Source: an uncultured Gemmatimonadales bacterium (GTDB lineage: Bacteria; Gemmatimonadota; Gemmatimonadetes; Longimicrobiales; Gaopeijiaceae). From it: a stretch of 64,000 nt of DNA. Positions within the stretch are counted from its first letter, which is position 1. Every line of letters starts with the position of its first letter. The DNA is taken from positions 1,152,001 through 1,216,000 of the forward strand of contig CAWELD010000003.1 in the NCBI GenBank assembly GCA_963809895.1. The letters run 5' to 3'. The translations under genes and the position numbers were made by a program. Under the pieces are notes generated by a model. That model saw only the letters and a program-made list of their open reading frames with translations. It was not told where the DNA came from and did not search any database. This document shows positions 48,015-58,549 of the stretch, piece after piece.

Positions 48015-48679
48015 CACCCGGAGACTTCTGGAACCGGCCGGAGGTGGTTCAGCGCTTCGCCGAGCGCGATCCCGATCACCGCCTCGTTCGTCTCGTGGAG
48101 ACCGAGCTCGATCCAAAGGGCCTGAAGGTCCTCGACGTGGGATGCGCCGGGGGCCGCAACACCGTCTTTCTGGCGGCGTCGGGAGCCGACGTCCACGCCC
48201 TGGATGCCTCCCCGGCCATGGTCGAGGAAACGCGTCAACGGCTGAAGGAGGTCGTGGGCGAGTCGGAGGCGCGCCGACGCGTACGGTGCGGCACCATGGA
48301 CGACCTGTCCGCGCATATGTCGGATTCCATGGATCTGGTGGTGGCGTTGGGGATCTACCAGAACGCTCGGACGCTGGAGGAATGGCACCGGGCCGTGGCC
48401 GAGAGCGCCCGGGTGCTGCGACGGGGTGGGCGGTGCCTGGTGGCCCACTTCACGCCACGGACGGATCTCACCGGCCAGGGGATGCATGCGGTCGAGGGGG
48501 CCCCGCACGTGTATCGGGGGATGCCCGACGGTCGCACAGCGGTCCTGCTCCATGCGGACGAGCTCGACAGTGCCATGGCCGAGCACGGGCTTCTGCCGGT
48601 GGAGGCGAGCCGGACGGTCGAGGTGGAGACCGAGTCGGGGCGGCGGGTCACCGTGAACGGGCTGTACGCGAAGGCCTGA
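48011..48679 (+). CDS. Class I SAM-dependent methyltransferase (start uncertain)
   Basis: VLDVGCAGGRN, LDASPAM, RVLRRGG. Confidence 0.8.
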   Translation: MAPGDFWNRPEVVQRFAERDPDHRLVRLVETELDPKGLKVLDVGCAGGRNTVFLAASGADVHALDASPAMVEETRQRLKEVVGESEARRRVRCGTMDDLSAHMSDSMDLVVALGIYQNARTLEEWHRAVAESARVLRRGGRCLVAHFTPRTDLTGQGMHAVEGAPHVYRGMPDGRTAVLLHADELDSAMAEHGLLPVEASRTVEVETESGRRVTVNGLYAKA

Positions 48680-48700
48680 CCCCGGCCCGGCGCACTACCG

Positions 48701-49282
48701 TCAGCGGGGACCCGACCGGGCGACCTCCTCGCCGGGAACCAACATGCCCTCCGCCACGGCCCGCACCACGTCCAGGGTGGTGAGAATGCCGGTGGCCTCT
48801 CCGTTGTGCAGGACCAGGAGCCGGTGCACGCTTGCGCGCACCATGGCCTGGGCGGCTTCCTTGATCGTCGCCTCGGGCTCCACCGCCAGGACCTTCCTGG
48901 ACATGACTTCGGCCACGGTGTGCTCGTCGAGCGCGTCCCATTCCGGCCCCTCGGACGCCGTCATGCGGCTCGTCACGTCCGAGCCGGAGTCCTCCCACAT
49001 CTGCACGAACCACTGCCCGGGCTCGTCGTCGAGCTCCGGTGCATCCCGTGTGTCGTCTTCCAGCGGACCCACGAGTTGCGGTCGGTACGTGGGCACACCG
49101 GGATCGTCGGCCTCGTAGGTCAGGATGTCGGTCAGGGACACCACGCCCACCACTTGCCCTCCACGTGTCACCGGGGCCCCGCCCACGCCGGCCGAGGTGA
49201 GGAGATCCGCGGCGGCCCGCAGGGTCTCCTCCGGCTCCACGGTCAGCGGATCGGATGTCATCAGGTCACGTACACGCAGCAT
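48701..49282 (-). CDS. CBS-domain protein with acidic insert
   Basis: VRDLMT, GAPV, VAEVMS, HRLLV. Confidence 0.85.
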   Translation of the reverse strand: MLRVRDLMTSDPLTVEPEETLRAAADLLTSAGVGGAPVTRGGQVVGVVSLTDILTYEADDPGVPTYRPQLVGPLEDDTRDAPELDDEPGQWFVQMWEDSGSDVTSRMTASEGPEWDALDEHTVAEVMSRKVLAVEPEATIKEAAQAMVRASVHRLLVLHNGEATGILTTLDVVRAVAEGMLVPGEEVARSGPR

Positions 49283-49363
49283 GGCGTCTCCAGAACGGAA
49301 GTCGCGGAGGGTCGTCGCGGATGTCGTCAGGTTCTACCCCCCGAACGGGATGGGTGCCGTTGG

Positions 49364-50224
49364 TCAGGCCCGGTCGTTCAGAGCCACGACATCCTCCTCG
49401 GAAAGCTCGATGGCGGAGGCCGCCACGTTGTCCCGGAGGTGTGCCGGACTCGACGTACCCGGGATGGGAAGGATCACGGGTGAGCGCCGCAGGAGCCATG
49501 CAAGCCCCACCTGGGTGGACGTGGCGTCGAGGCGGCGCGTGATGGCTTCCGGCACCGCTTCCGCGAGTTCTCCACCGGCCAGGGGCCGCCACGGGATGAA
49601 GCCGATCCCCAACTCCTCGCACCGGTCCACCACCGGGTCGGATTCGCGGTCGAGTAGATTGTAGCGATTCTGCACCGACACCAGCGGCGCGACCTCGAGG
49701 GCCCGGTCGAGCTGCCCGACATCGACGTTGGAGACGGCGACGTGGCGGATCTTGCCTTCGTCACGCAGTCGCACCAACTCGCCCAGCGACTCCTCGAGGG
49801 GAACGTCGGGGTCCGGGGCGTGGAGCTGATACACGTCGATGCGCTCCAGCCGAAGCCGGCGAAGGCTGCCCTCGCACGCGGTCCGCAGATGGGCCGGCCG
49901 ACCGTTGCGGTCCCATTGGCCGGGCGCGGGCCGTTCGAGCCCGCCCTTGGTAGCGATCACGAGCCCTTCGGGATAGGGATACAACGCTTCGGCGATGAGC
50001 TCCTCCGCCACCCGCGGACCGTAGGCGTCCGCGGTGTCCACGAGTTGGACCCCCAGCTCGTGCACGGCGGTCCTGAGGACCTCTAGCGCCTCTGCTCGAT
50101 TCTGCGGCGGGCCCCACACGCCGTCGCCGGTGAGACGCATGGAGCCGAACCCCATGCGCCGGACGGTCAGGTCGGCGAGTCGAACGGTCCCGGCCCCGGC
50201 TGCGGTGGTCGTGGTCGTGCTCAT
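49364..50224 (-). CDS. Aldo/keto reductase
   Basis: GFGSMRL, DTADAYG, IATKGG, SLRRL, PIPGT. Confidence 0.92.
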   Translation of the reverse strand: MSTTTTTAAGAGTVRLADLTVRRMGFGSMRLTGDGVWGPPQNRAEALEVLRTAVHELGVQLVDTADAYGPRVAEELIAEALYPYPEGLVIATKGGLERPAPGQWDRNGRPAHLRTACEGSLRRLRLERIDVYQLHAPDPDVPLEESLGELVRLRDEGKIRHVAVSNVDVGQLDRALEVAPLVSVQNRYNLLDRESDPVVDRCEELGIGFIPWRPLAGGELAEAVPEAITRRLDATSTQVGLAWLLRRSPVILPIPGTSSPAHLRDNVAASAIELSEEDVVALNDRA

Positions 50225-50380
50225 GTCAGGTGCTCCCCGGCTTCTGTTTGGTAAGGATCGACACCCTTCGAGCGTGCAAGTCTGATACCGCCGGGCAGGT
50301 CCGCCGCGAGCGATGGACCGCCGGTTCCGACGCCGGGTAGCCGAATCGGTGCCCTGCGCCCCCACCCGGAGCCCTGCGTC

Positions 50381-51631
50381 TTGCTGGACCGCGTCGCCAA
50401 GCTGCTCGACACTCCCCCCGAGGTCGTCGCCCTGTCCTTCGCGCGCATGGCCGATGCGCTGGGCAACAGCCTCATCATCATCCTTCTGCCGCTCTACATC
50501 GCCCGGGAGCCGTCGCCCTGGTTCGACTTCCCCACGGAGTTCCTCGTGGGTCTGGCGATCTCGCTGTACGGATTCCTGTTCGCCCTGGGCCAGCCTTTCG
50601 CGGGTGCCCTGACGGATCGTGTGGGCCGGCGCCGTCCGTTCATCCTGGGTGGCCTGGCGATCATGGCCGCAGCCACCATCGGCCTCATGTTCGTGCACCG
50701 TTACGCCTGGATCTTCGGGCTCCGGGGAATCCAGGGGCTCGGCGTCGCGCTCATCATCCCGGCCACTCTGGCGCTCATCACCGGCGTGACCCGGAAGCAC
50801 AATCGCGGCCACGCCATGGGCGTCTACAGCACGTTTCGCATGGCCGGCTTCGCCACCGGGCCCCTGCTGGCCGGCGTCCTGCAGGTCCACTTCGGATTCA
50901 ACGCCGCCTTCCTCGTCGGCGGCGCCTTCCTGGCCATCGCCTTCATGCTCGTCTACTTCACGGTCGACGAGCCCGGGGGCTCCCGCGAAGAGGCAGCGGG
51001 GTCCACGTCCGCGTCACTCATCGAAAGCCGCGGCCGCTCGGGGTTCTGGCCGTCCCAGAGCATTCTGACGCTCATGTTCGCCACCGTCATTCTGGCGGCC
51101 TCGCTCTCCATGATCTCGGCGCTGGAGAACGAGTTCAACGCTCGCCTCTCGCAAACCGCCATCGGCTTCGGAGTCGCCTTCAGCGCGCTCACGGTGTCGC
51201 GGCTGCTGGTCCAGATCCCCGTGGGCACCTGGTCCGACCACATCGGCCGCAAGAAGCTGATCGTGGGCGGTCTGCTCGCTCTCGCACCCATCACGGTGCT
51301 CTTCGGCTACGTGGACAGCACCCTGCAGCTCGTGGGGGTTCGTATCGTTCAGGGCATCGCCACCGCCGCGGTGGCGGCGCCAGCGTTCGCCCTGGCCGGT
51401 GACCTGGCTCCGGCCGGCAGCGAGGGCCGCGAGATGAGCTTCGTGACCATGGGCTTCGGCCTGGGCCTCGGTGCCGGCCCCCTGCTCGCGGGCTGGCTGG
51501 CCGGTTACCTGGGCTTCGCGGTGCCCTTCTACGTCGTGGGCGCGCTGTCGGCGCTTGCGGCCTTCGCCGTGTGGCGCTTCGCGCGTGAGAGCATCACCGC
51601 CGGCGAGGCCGTGCAAGCCACCGGCGATTGA
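50381..51631 (+). CDS. MFS transporter
   Basis: 12 TM segments; GALTDRVGRRR and SDHIGRK motifs. Confidence 0.9.
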   Translation: MLDRVAKLLDTPPEVVALSFARMADALGNSLIIILLPLYIAREPSPWFDFPTEFLVGLAISLYGFLFALGQPFAGALTDRVGRRRPFILGGLAIMAAATIGLMFVHRYAWIFGLRGIQGLGVALIIPATLALITGVTRKHNRGHAMGVYSTFRMAGFATGPLLAGVLQVHFGFNAAFLVGGAFLAIAFMLVYFTVDEPGGSREEAAGSTSASLIESRGRSGFWPSQSILTLMFATVILAASLSMISALENEFNARLSQTAIGFGVAFSALTVSRLLVQIPVGTWSDHIGRKKLIVGGLLALAPITVLFGYVDSTLQLVGVRIVQGIATAAVAAPAFALAGDLAPAGSEGREMSFVTMGFGLGLGAGPLLAGWLAGYLGFAVPFYVVGALSALAAFAVWRFARESITAGEAVQATGD

Positions 51632-51634
51632 GCG

Positions 51635-54328
51635 GTGTCCAACTCCGTCCACGGCGAGGCACAGCCACCGGAGCCGGATCGCAGTCCCGTGAGCGATCCC
51701 TGGCACACACGGTCCGCCTCCGAGGTCCTGACGCTCCTGGACGCGTCGGCCGACGGGCTCACCACCGCCGAAGCGAACGCTCGCCTCGAGCGGCACGGAC
51801 CCAATGTCCTGAGCGCGCAGGCACCGGCCTCGGTGTGGTCGCTGTTGCTGGCTCAGTTCCAGAGCGTCGTGGTGCTCCTCCTGGTGGCGGCGGCCGTCGT
51901 GGCGCTCGCGGTCGGGGATCTTCTCGAGGCCGCGGCCATCGCGGCGGTGCTCCTCGTGAACACGGTGATCGGCTTCGTCGTCGAGCTGCGCGCGCGCCGA
52001 GCCATGGAGGCGTTGCTCCGCCACCAGGTGCCCGAGGCGGCCGCCGTCCGTGACGGCGCGCTCCGCCGCATTCCCGCCGATGGCCTGGTGCCCGGCGACG
52101 TCATCGAAGTGGGCGAAGGCGAGGCGGTACCCGCGGACGCGCGCCTGCTGGAGGCGTCCGGAGTCCGTACCACCGAAGCCGCGCTCACGGGCGAGTCCAC
52201 CCCGGTGGACAAGTCGGTGGAGCCGGTGACGGACCCGGACACGCCCCTCGCCGAGCGCGCCCCCATGCTGTACGCAGGCACCGCGGTGGCCATCGGACGC
52301 GCCCGCGCCGTGGTGGTCGCTACGGGCGCCGACACCGAGCTCGGCCGCATCGGACGACTGCTCGAAGACATCGAAGACGAGCAGACACCGCTGGAGCGGC
52401 GGCTCGATGTCCTGGGCCGCAGGCTCGTCTGGGTGACGCTCGGAATTGCCGCGGTCGTGGTGGCTGTCGGAGTCCTGCAGGGCACGGATTTCGAACGCAT
52501 GATCGAGACCGGGCTCGCACTCGCCATCGCCGCGGTTCCCGAAGGACTGCCGGCCGTGGCCACGATCGCCCTCGCCATCGGGCTGCGCCGGATGGCTCGG
52601 CGACAGGTCATGGTGCGACGCCTCGGCGCGGTGGAGGCGCTGGGATCCACGACCGTGGTGTGTACGGACAAGACGGGCACGCTCACGGCCGGCGAGATGA
52701 CCGTGACGTCGATCGTCACCCCCATGGCCGAGCTCGCCGTGACCGGGTCGGGCTACGAGGACGATGGCCGCATCGAGCTCGACGGTGGCGAGGCCGCGCC
52801 CGCGGAGGTCCCCGGCCTCGACGCGCTCCTCTCCGCGGCGGCGCTCACGCCAAGGGCGCGCTTCGAGCCCGACGGGCAGCTCACCGGTGATCCCACGGAC
52901 GCGGCCCTCCTGGTTCTGGCCCGCAAGGGCGGGCGCGAACCCGACCGCATGCGCGACGCCCTCCCGCTGGTGGGCGAAGTACCCTTCTCGAGCGAGACGC
53001 GCCTGAGCGCCTCCCTCCACCGTGACGGCGGAGGTACCGTCGCGTACGTGAAGGGCGCTCCCGGCCCGGTTCTGGAACGGTGCCGAAGCATCGCGGGCAC
53101 GCATGGCCCCAGCCCCCTCGACGACGACCTTCGCACCCGTCTGAGAGAGCGGAACCAGGAGCTGGCGCGGGAGGGGCTGCGGGTGATCGCCCTCGCCGAG
53201 GCCCACGACGTGCCCGATCCGGACACGGTGCCCGATACACTCACGTTCCTGGGCCTGATCGGCATGATGGATCCGCCGGCGGAGGGCGTCGAGAGCACGA
53301 TCCGCGAGCTGCGGGCGGCCGGCATCCGTACCGTGATGATCACGGGAGATCAGGCGGCCACCGCTGCCGCGGTCGCGGGATCTCTCGGAATGGCCGAAGC
53401 GGACGGCGAGCCCCTGGACGGACGCGCACTCGCGCGCATGGACGACGCCGAGCTCGCGGAGGCCGTAGGAAGTACCGCCATCTTCAGCAGGGTGAGCCCC
53501 GACGACAAGCTGCGCATCGTGGCGGCATTGCGCGCTCGCGGCGAAATCGTGGCGATGCTCGGCGACGGCGTCAACGACGCCGCGGCGCTCAAACGCGCCG
53601 ACGTGGGGGTGGCCATGGGAATGCGTGGTACGGACGTCGCCAAGGAGACGGCCGACCTGGTCCTGCAGGACGACCGCTTTCCGACCATCGCCGCGGCGGT
53701 GGAAGAAGGCCGGGTCATCTTCGACAACATCCGCAAGTTCGTCTATTATCTCTTCAGCTGTAACGTGGCGGAGCTGCTGGTGGTGATGGCCGGGAGTGTG
53801 GCGGGGCTCCCTCTGCCCCTGCTCCCCCTCCAGATCCTCTGGCTAAACCTGGTCACGGACACCTTCCCGGCACTGGCGCTCGCCGTCGAACCCGGCGAGA
53901 CGGGGGTGATGAAGAGAGCACCGCGGGACCCGGAATCGGCGATCCTGTCGCGCCGCTTCGTGGCGTCGCTCAGCATCTTCGCGCTGCTCATCACGGGCTC
54001 GACCCTCGGTGCCTTCGTCTGGGCGCTCGGCACCGGGCCCCACGAGCGCGCGGTGACCGTGGCCTTCATGACGCTCGCCCTGGCGCAGCTCTTCCACCTG
54101 GGCAACGCGCGCAGCCGCCGGCCCGTGATCCGACCATCGCGCATGCTCGCCAACCGCTGGGCGCTGGGCGCCGTCGTGCTCGTGCTGACACTCCAACTCC
54201 TCGCTGTCTACTGGCCACCCCTCGCCACCGTCCTGCGCACCACGCCACTCGGGCTCGGCGACTGGACCGTCGTGCTGGGACTGTCCCTGGTACCCGCCGT
54301 GGTCGGCCAGATCTGGCGGGGGCTGTGA
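51635..54328 (+). CDS. P2A-type (Ca2+-like) cation-transporting P-type ATPase
   Basis: [33 protein letters not shown]. Confidence 0.94.
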   Translation: MSNSVHGEAQPPEPDRSPVSDPWHTRSASEVLTLLDASADGLTTAEANARLERHGPNVLSAQAPASVWSLLLAQFQSVVVLLLVAAAVVALAVGDLLEAAAIAAVLLVNTVIGFVVELRARRAMEALLRHQVPEAAAVRDGALRRIPADGLVPGDVIEVGEGEAVPADARLLEASGVRTTEAALTGESTPVDKSVEPVTDPDTPLAERAPMLYAGTAVAIGRARAVVVATGADTELGRIGRLLEDIEDEQTPLERRLDVLGRRLVWVTLGIAAVVVAVGVLQGTDFERMIETGLALAIAAVPEGLPAVATIALAIGLRRMARRQVMVRRLGAVEALGSTTVVCTDKTGTLTAGEMTVTSIVTPMAELAVTGSGYEDDGRIELDGGEAAPAEVPGLDALLSAAALTPRARFEPDGQLTGDPTDAALLVLARKGGREPDRMRDALPLVGEVPFSSETRLSASLHRDGGGTVAYVKGAPGPVLERCRSIAGTHGPSPLDDDLRTRLRERNQELAREGLRVIALAEAHDVPDPDTVPDTLTFLGLIGMMDPPAEGVESTIRELRAAGIRTVMITGDQAATAAAVAGSLGMAEADGEPLDGRALARMDDAELAEAVGSTAIFSRVSPDDKLRIVAALRARGEIVAMLGDGVNDAAALKRADVGVAMGMRGTDVAKETADLVLQDDRFPTIAAAVEEGRVIFDNIRKFVYYLFSCNVAELLVVMAGSVAGLPLPLLPLQILWLNLVTDTFPALALAVEPGETGVMKRAPRDPESAILSRRFVASLSIFALLITGSTLGAFVWALGTGPHERAVTVAFMTLALAQLFHLGNARSRRPVIRPSRMLANRWALGAVVLVLTLQLLAVYWPPLATVLRTTPLGLGDWTVVLGLSLVPAVVGQIWRGL

Positions 54329-54348
54329 GCCCGCGGAGGATGCCTTCG

Positions 54349-56670
54349 ATGAGAACGCTTGCTGTCGTCGTCTTCTGGCTCGCCGCACCCGTCGTGTTGG
54401 CTGCGTCCGCCCCACCCGTGGCCGCCCAGCAACCTCCCCGACTGGGCGAAGCCCCGCTGGACGCCGTGATCGGGGCGATGTCCCTCCAGGAGAAGGCCCA
54501 GGTGCTGGTGGGGCTGAGCACGCGCTTCCGGGACACGCTCGCTGCGGCGGACCAGCTCCCGGTGAAGGTGCCCGGCGCCGCAGGGCGCACGCACCCCTTT
54601 CCCCGCCTCGGAATCCCTTCGCTGACCCTGTCCGACGGGCCTGCCGGCGTGCGCATCCAGCCGATCCGGGAGGGGGACAGCACCCGGACCTACTACGCCA
54701 CCGCGTTCCCTGTCTCGACGCTCATGGCATCGACCTGGGACACGGCGCTGGTGCGCACCGTGGGTGAGGCCTTCGGCGGCGAGGTACGGGAGTACGGCAT
54801 CGACTTCCTGCTGGCGCCTGCCATGAACATCCACCGAAATCCCCTGGGAGGGCGCAACTTCGAATACTACTCCGAGGACCCCCTCGTGTCGGGCCGGATC
54901 GCGGGTGCGTTCGTGCGGGGAGTCCAGTCGCAGGGAGTCGGTGCCACCATCAAGCACTTCGTGGCCAACAACCAGGAGTTCAACCGCACCCGGCTGAACA
55001 CGATCGTCGACGAGCGGACGCTCCGCGAGATCTATCTGCGGGGATTCGAGATCGCCGTGGAAGAGTCGCAGCCCTGGGCGGTCATGTCGTCCTACAATCT
55101 GGTGAACGGGACCTACACCGCCGAGGACCGGCGTCTGCTCACCGACATCCTCAGGGGTGAGTGGGGATTCCGGGGATTCGTCATGACCGACTGGGGTGGC
55201 GGTCAGGACCCGGTGGCGCAGATGGATGCCGGCAACGACGTGCTCATGCCCGGCAATCCCTCGCAGGTGGAGGCGATCGTTCAGGCGGTAGCGGACGGGC
55301 GGCTGAGTGAGTCGCAACTGGACGAGAACGTGTGGCGATTCCTCCGGATCATGCTGCGTACGCCGTCGTTCCAGGACTACTCCTACTCCGACCACCCCGA
55401 CCTGGCGATGCACGCCCGCATCGCTCGCGAGGCGGCCGCTCAGGGGATGGTCCTGTTGGAGAACGACGACGCCACGCTGCCGCTGGTGTCGGGGCTCCAC
55501 GTAGCGCTGATCGGCAACACCTCCTACGACCTGATCCTCGGGGGCACCGGAAGTGGGAGCGTCAACGAGGCGTATTCGGTCTCGCTGGACCGCGGGCTCA
55601 CCGATGCCGGCTACACGGTGGACGCGCCCCTCAGTGAGCAATACGCGCGCTACCTCGACGAGCAGAGGGCCGCCCAGGCGTCACAGGCGCGCGGGCTCCG
55701 CGGCCGGGCGCCGATTCCGGAGTTGGCGGTGAGCGAATCCGCACTGGCGGCGGCGGCGGCGCGCAGCGACGTGGCCGTGCTGACGCTGGGGCGCAATTCC
55801 GGCGAGGGTCGGGACCGGGAGGTGGAGGACGACTTCCTGCTCACCGACATCGAGCAGACGCTCGTGCAGCAGGTCAGCGACGCCTTCCACGAAGCCGGCA
55901 AGAAAGTCGTGGTGGTGCTGAACGTGCCGGGCCCCGTGGAGGTCGCCAGCTGGCGTGGTAATGCCGACGCCATTCTGCTCGCGCTGCAACCGGGCCAGGA
56001 AGGCGGTCACGCCATGGCCGACGTGCTCAGCGGCCAGGTGAATCCCTCGGGCCACCTCGCCACCACCTTCCCCATGCGCTACGCCGACGTGCCCTCGGCA
56101 GGCTCCTTTCCGGGTCATGAGCTTCCGGCCCCGGCTGATTCGACGGCTCGAGGCCGGAGGGGGCGGGCCTCAGAAGTCACCTATGATGAAGGCCTCTATG
56201 TCGGCTATAGACATTACGATACCGATGACGTCGACCCCGCGTATCCCTTCGGTTACGGCCTCTCGTACACGCGCTTCTCGCTGGGGGATCTCCAGGTGGA
56301 AGCTCCCGGGAGCGACGGTGAAGCCGTGCGGGCCACGGTGACCGTGACGAACATCGGCGACGTCCCGGGGCGGCAGGTCGTACAGGTGTACGTGGCGGCG
56401 CCGGCGGGCGGACTGAACAAGCCCCCGCAGGAACTGAGGGCCTTCCAGAAGACGGCGCTCCTCGCGCCGGGCGCATCGCAGACGCTGACGTTCACGCTCA
56501 CGCCCCGGGATCTGGCCTCGTGGGATCCGGTGGTGGCCGACTGGGTGGCGGCCGCCGGCACCTACGAGCTGAGGATCGGCACGTCGTCCCGCGACACCCC
56601 GGCGCGGGCGAGCTTCGAGATGCCGCGTGCCGTCAGCGCGGGCGCCGGGTCCATGCGGCGCCCGCGCTGA
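54349..56670 (+). CDS. GH3 beta-glucosidase with Fn3-like domain, secreted
   Basis: Signal peptide; DGPAG, GRNFEYYSEDP, KHF, MTDW, YPFGYGLSYT. Confidence 0.94.
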   Translation: MRTLAVVVFWLAAPVVLAASAPPVAAQQPPRLGEAPLDAVIGAMSLQEKAQVLVGLSTRFRDTLAAADQLPVKVPGAAGRTHPFPRLGIPSLTLSDGPAGVRIQPIREGDSTRTYYATAFPVSTLMASTWDTALVRTVGEAFGGEVREYGIDFLLAPAMNIHRNPLGGRNFEYYSEDPLVSGRIAGAFVRGVQSQGVGATIKHFVANNQEFNRTRLNTIVDERTLREIYLRGFEIAVEESQPWAVMSSYNLVNGTYTAEDRRLLTDILRGEWGFRGFVMTDWGGGQDPVAQMDAGNDVLMPGNPSQVEAIVQAVADGRLSESQLDENVWRFLRIMLRTPSFQDYSYSDHPDLAMHARIAREAAAQGMVLLENDDATLPLVSGLHVALIGNTSYDLILGGTGSGSVNEAYSVSLDRGLTDAGYTVDAPLSEQYARYLDEQRAAQASQARGLRGRAPIPELAVSESALAAAAARSDVAVLTLGRNSGEGRDREVEDDFLLTDIEQTLVQQVSDAFHEAGKKVVVVLNVPGPVEVASWRGNADAILLALQPGQEGGHAMADVLSGQVNPSGHLATTFPMRYADVPSAGSFPGHELPAPADSTARGRRGRASEVTYDEGLYVGYRHYDTDDVDPAYPFGYGLSYTRFSLGDLQVEAPGSDGEAVRATVTVTNIGDVPGRQVVQVYVAAPAGGLNKPPQELRAFQKTALLAPGASQTLTFTLTPRDLASWDPVVADWVAAAGTYELRIGTSSRDTPARASFEMPRAVSAGAGSMRRPR

Positions 56671-56694
56671 AGGCGCGGTTCAGCCAGCCCACCT

Positions 56695-57237
56695 CTACCG
56701 CGAACGACAGATGTCGCCGTCGAAGGTGGTGTGGTTGTCTTCGCTGCGGAACGTGCCGCTTCCGGTCGCTCCGTCGAAACGCCCCGTGCCGCCGTCGATC
56801 TCGTAGGTCCCGACCCCGCTGGGAACTGGCCCCGGGAAGAAGTCGCCCGTGTACGTGAAGACGAGCTCATCGCCGTTGGCTGCCGTGAAGGTCCCGCCCC
56901 CGTCGAAGACGGCCCCCTCCGACGTGAAGGTGACCACGGCGCTGGCCGAGGAGGTGTAGCGGCCCAGGTGTGTGGCCGTTCCTTCTCCGGTCAGCGTGAT
57001 GGCGAGCGGGGTAGGTGGCGGACCTCCCGAGACCTCGAACGAACCCGGGCTCCCATTGACCTTGAACGGGACGCAAACCGGGGAGGCGGCGTCGCGCGCC
57101 GCGACGGTGGACCCGACCACGGCGGCAGTGCCGGGGCCCTCGGTCGTGACTCGATCGGGCACGACCGGGTCTCGTCCACAGCCCACCATGAACGTCGGCA
57201 CGAGCAAGATTCCGAAGGCGACTGAGTGCTTCAGCAT
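56695..57237 (-). CDS. Lipoprotein with small beta-barrel domain (unknown function)
   Basis: GGAGG RBS; lipobox MVGC; ATHLG, AANGD.L, GGTGRF.GATG. Confidence 0.75.
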   Translation of the reverse strand: MLKHSVAFGILLVPTFMVGCGRDPVVPDRVTTEGPGTAAVVGSTVAARDAASPVCVPFKVNGSPGSFEVSGGPPPTPLAITLTGEGTATHLGRYTSSASAVVTFTSEGAVFDGGGTFTAANGDELVFTYTGDFFPGPVPSGVGTYEIDGGTGRFDGATGSGTFRSEDNHTTFDGDICRSR

Positions 57238-57328
57238 GATCCCTCCTCGCAGTAGCGGGAACCTGCAGCCGCGCACCACATGCGATGCGTGACTGATTCA
57301 GGAGGAATCTCGATCCCTGTAACGGGGT

Positions 57329-57391
57329 GGGATATTACGGGAACGTGGGATCAGGGCCCGTCGGCATCCCGGGATTCCGGGATTCTGGGAT
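57329..57391. repeat. Short GGGA(T) direct repeats between the LuxR gene and the lipoprotein gene
   Basis: GGGAT/GGGAA at 57329, 57339, 57347; GGGAT at 57371, 57379, 57387. Confidence 0.5.
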
Positions 57392-58416
57392 CAGAAGTCC
57401 GCCGGGCTGCGTTCGAGGGCGTAGCGCACGGCTTGTGCGCGGCCGGCAACGCCGAGCTTCTGGTAGATGTGCGTCAGGTGTCTGGTGACCGTGTTCACGC
57501 TGATGAAGAGTCGCTCGGCGATCTCCGAGTTCTTCGCGCCTTCCACGACGAGACCCAACACCTCGCGCTCACGTGGAGAGAGTTCGTCGAGTCCGCTGGC
57601 CATACCCTGGCCGAGCCCCACCAGCGTGAGGATGGCATCGAGCTCGTCGTCGCCGGGCGCCCCGTCCGCCGTATGGCACACGACGAGACGCGCGCCGTGG
57701 ATCCCAGCGGCGAGTTCCCGGTTCCGCTCCTCACTGGCGAGCGAGTTCGAGCTGTCGTGGAAGATCAGAGTGGGCGCCTTCACCCGTTGGAGGTATGCGT
57801 CCACGTCCCACGCTCGCCGGGCCCGCAGAAACTCGAGAAACTCGGCCTGGGTGGTGGCATCTCGCACCACCTCGGCCCAGCGTCGGGCCTCGTCCGCGTC
57901 GCGCCACCCCAGTGCCGCCTGGCTCACGGACTCGGTGAAGAGCTCCCAGTCCGTCGCCGCCATCTGAAACAACGCGCTCAGGCGGGGCGCCTGTCCGTGG
58001 GCGGCGTCGCGGGCGAAGCTGCTCCACAAGACGAGATGCGACACGCGCGCAGGGTTCTGCGCCGCCCACGCGATCGCCGGCAAACCGCCACTCAGCCACC
58101 CCAGCAACACGATGGGCTCGTCGGATACTCTCCCGGCGACGGCGTCGATATCGCGGGCCAGGGCGTCGATGGTCTGCGTGCCGACACCGCGACTCGAAAG
58201 TCCACCCCCCCGGTGGTCGAACCGGACCACCGTGAAGCGGCGGGAGAGGTGCGAGTACCAGCGCCGCATCCCCTCCACCGACCACTCCGACTGCGCGTGG
58301 CCGAGCTGCACGTTGGGCGTGTGCAGCAGCACCGGTCCCCGCCCGAGCTTCCAGTAGGCGATGTCTGCGCCATCGCTCGTACGCACGTAGCGGACCGACG
58401 GGGGAATCGAAGGCAT
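57391..58416 (-). CDS. Alpha/beta-hydrolase-fold + LuxR HTH regulator
   Basis: DGADIAY, FDHRGGGLS; C-terminal LSPREREVL..N.EIAERLFIS..TV..HL..IY.KL. Confidence 0.9.
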   Translation of the reverse strand: MPSIPPSVRYVRTSDGADIAYWKLGRGPVLLHTPNVQLGHAQSEWSVEGMRRWYSHLSRRFTVVRFDHRGGGLSSRGVGTQTIDALARDIDAVAGRVSDEPIVLLGWLSGGLPAIAWAAQNPARVSHLVLWSSFARDAAHGQAPRLSALFQMAATDWELFTESVSQAALGWRDADEARRWAEVVRDATTQAEFLEFLRARRAWDVDAYLQRVKAPTLIFHDSSNSLASEERNRELAAGIHGARLVVCHTADGAPGDDELDAILTLVGLGQGMASGLDELSPREREVLGLVVEGAKNSEIAERLFISVNTVTRHLTHIYQKLGVAGRAQAVRYALERSPADF

Positions 58417-58492
58417 GGTGGTTCATCCTACCCGGACGCGGCGCGTCGCAGCAAGGAACGGATAGCGATGACGCGTCCCCGAGATCGGCGGC

Positions 58493-58549
58493 CTACGTCC
58501 GGCAGCGGTCGGAGAGGGTGGTGGTGAGCCGGTCGGTGGTCCCGCTCAT
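58493..58549 (-). pseudogene. 5' remnant of a second Ser/Thr kinase gene
   Basis: MSGTTDRLTTTLSDRCRT* resembles kinase starts in this window (DRLNAALSGRYR); ATGA overlap with the preceding stop. Confidence 0.5.

Noticed and set aside
51014..53206. 730-aa minus-strand ORF
   Set aside because: Antisense shadow of the MFS and P-type ATPase genes
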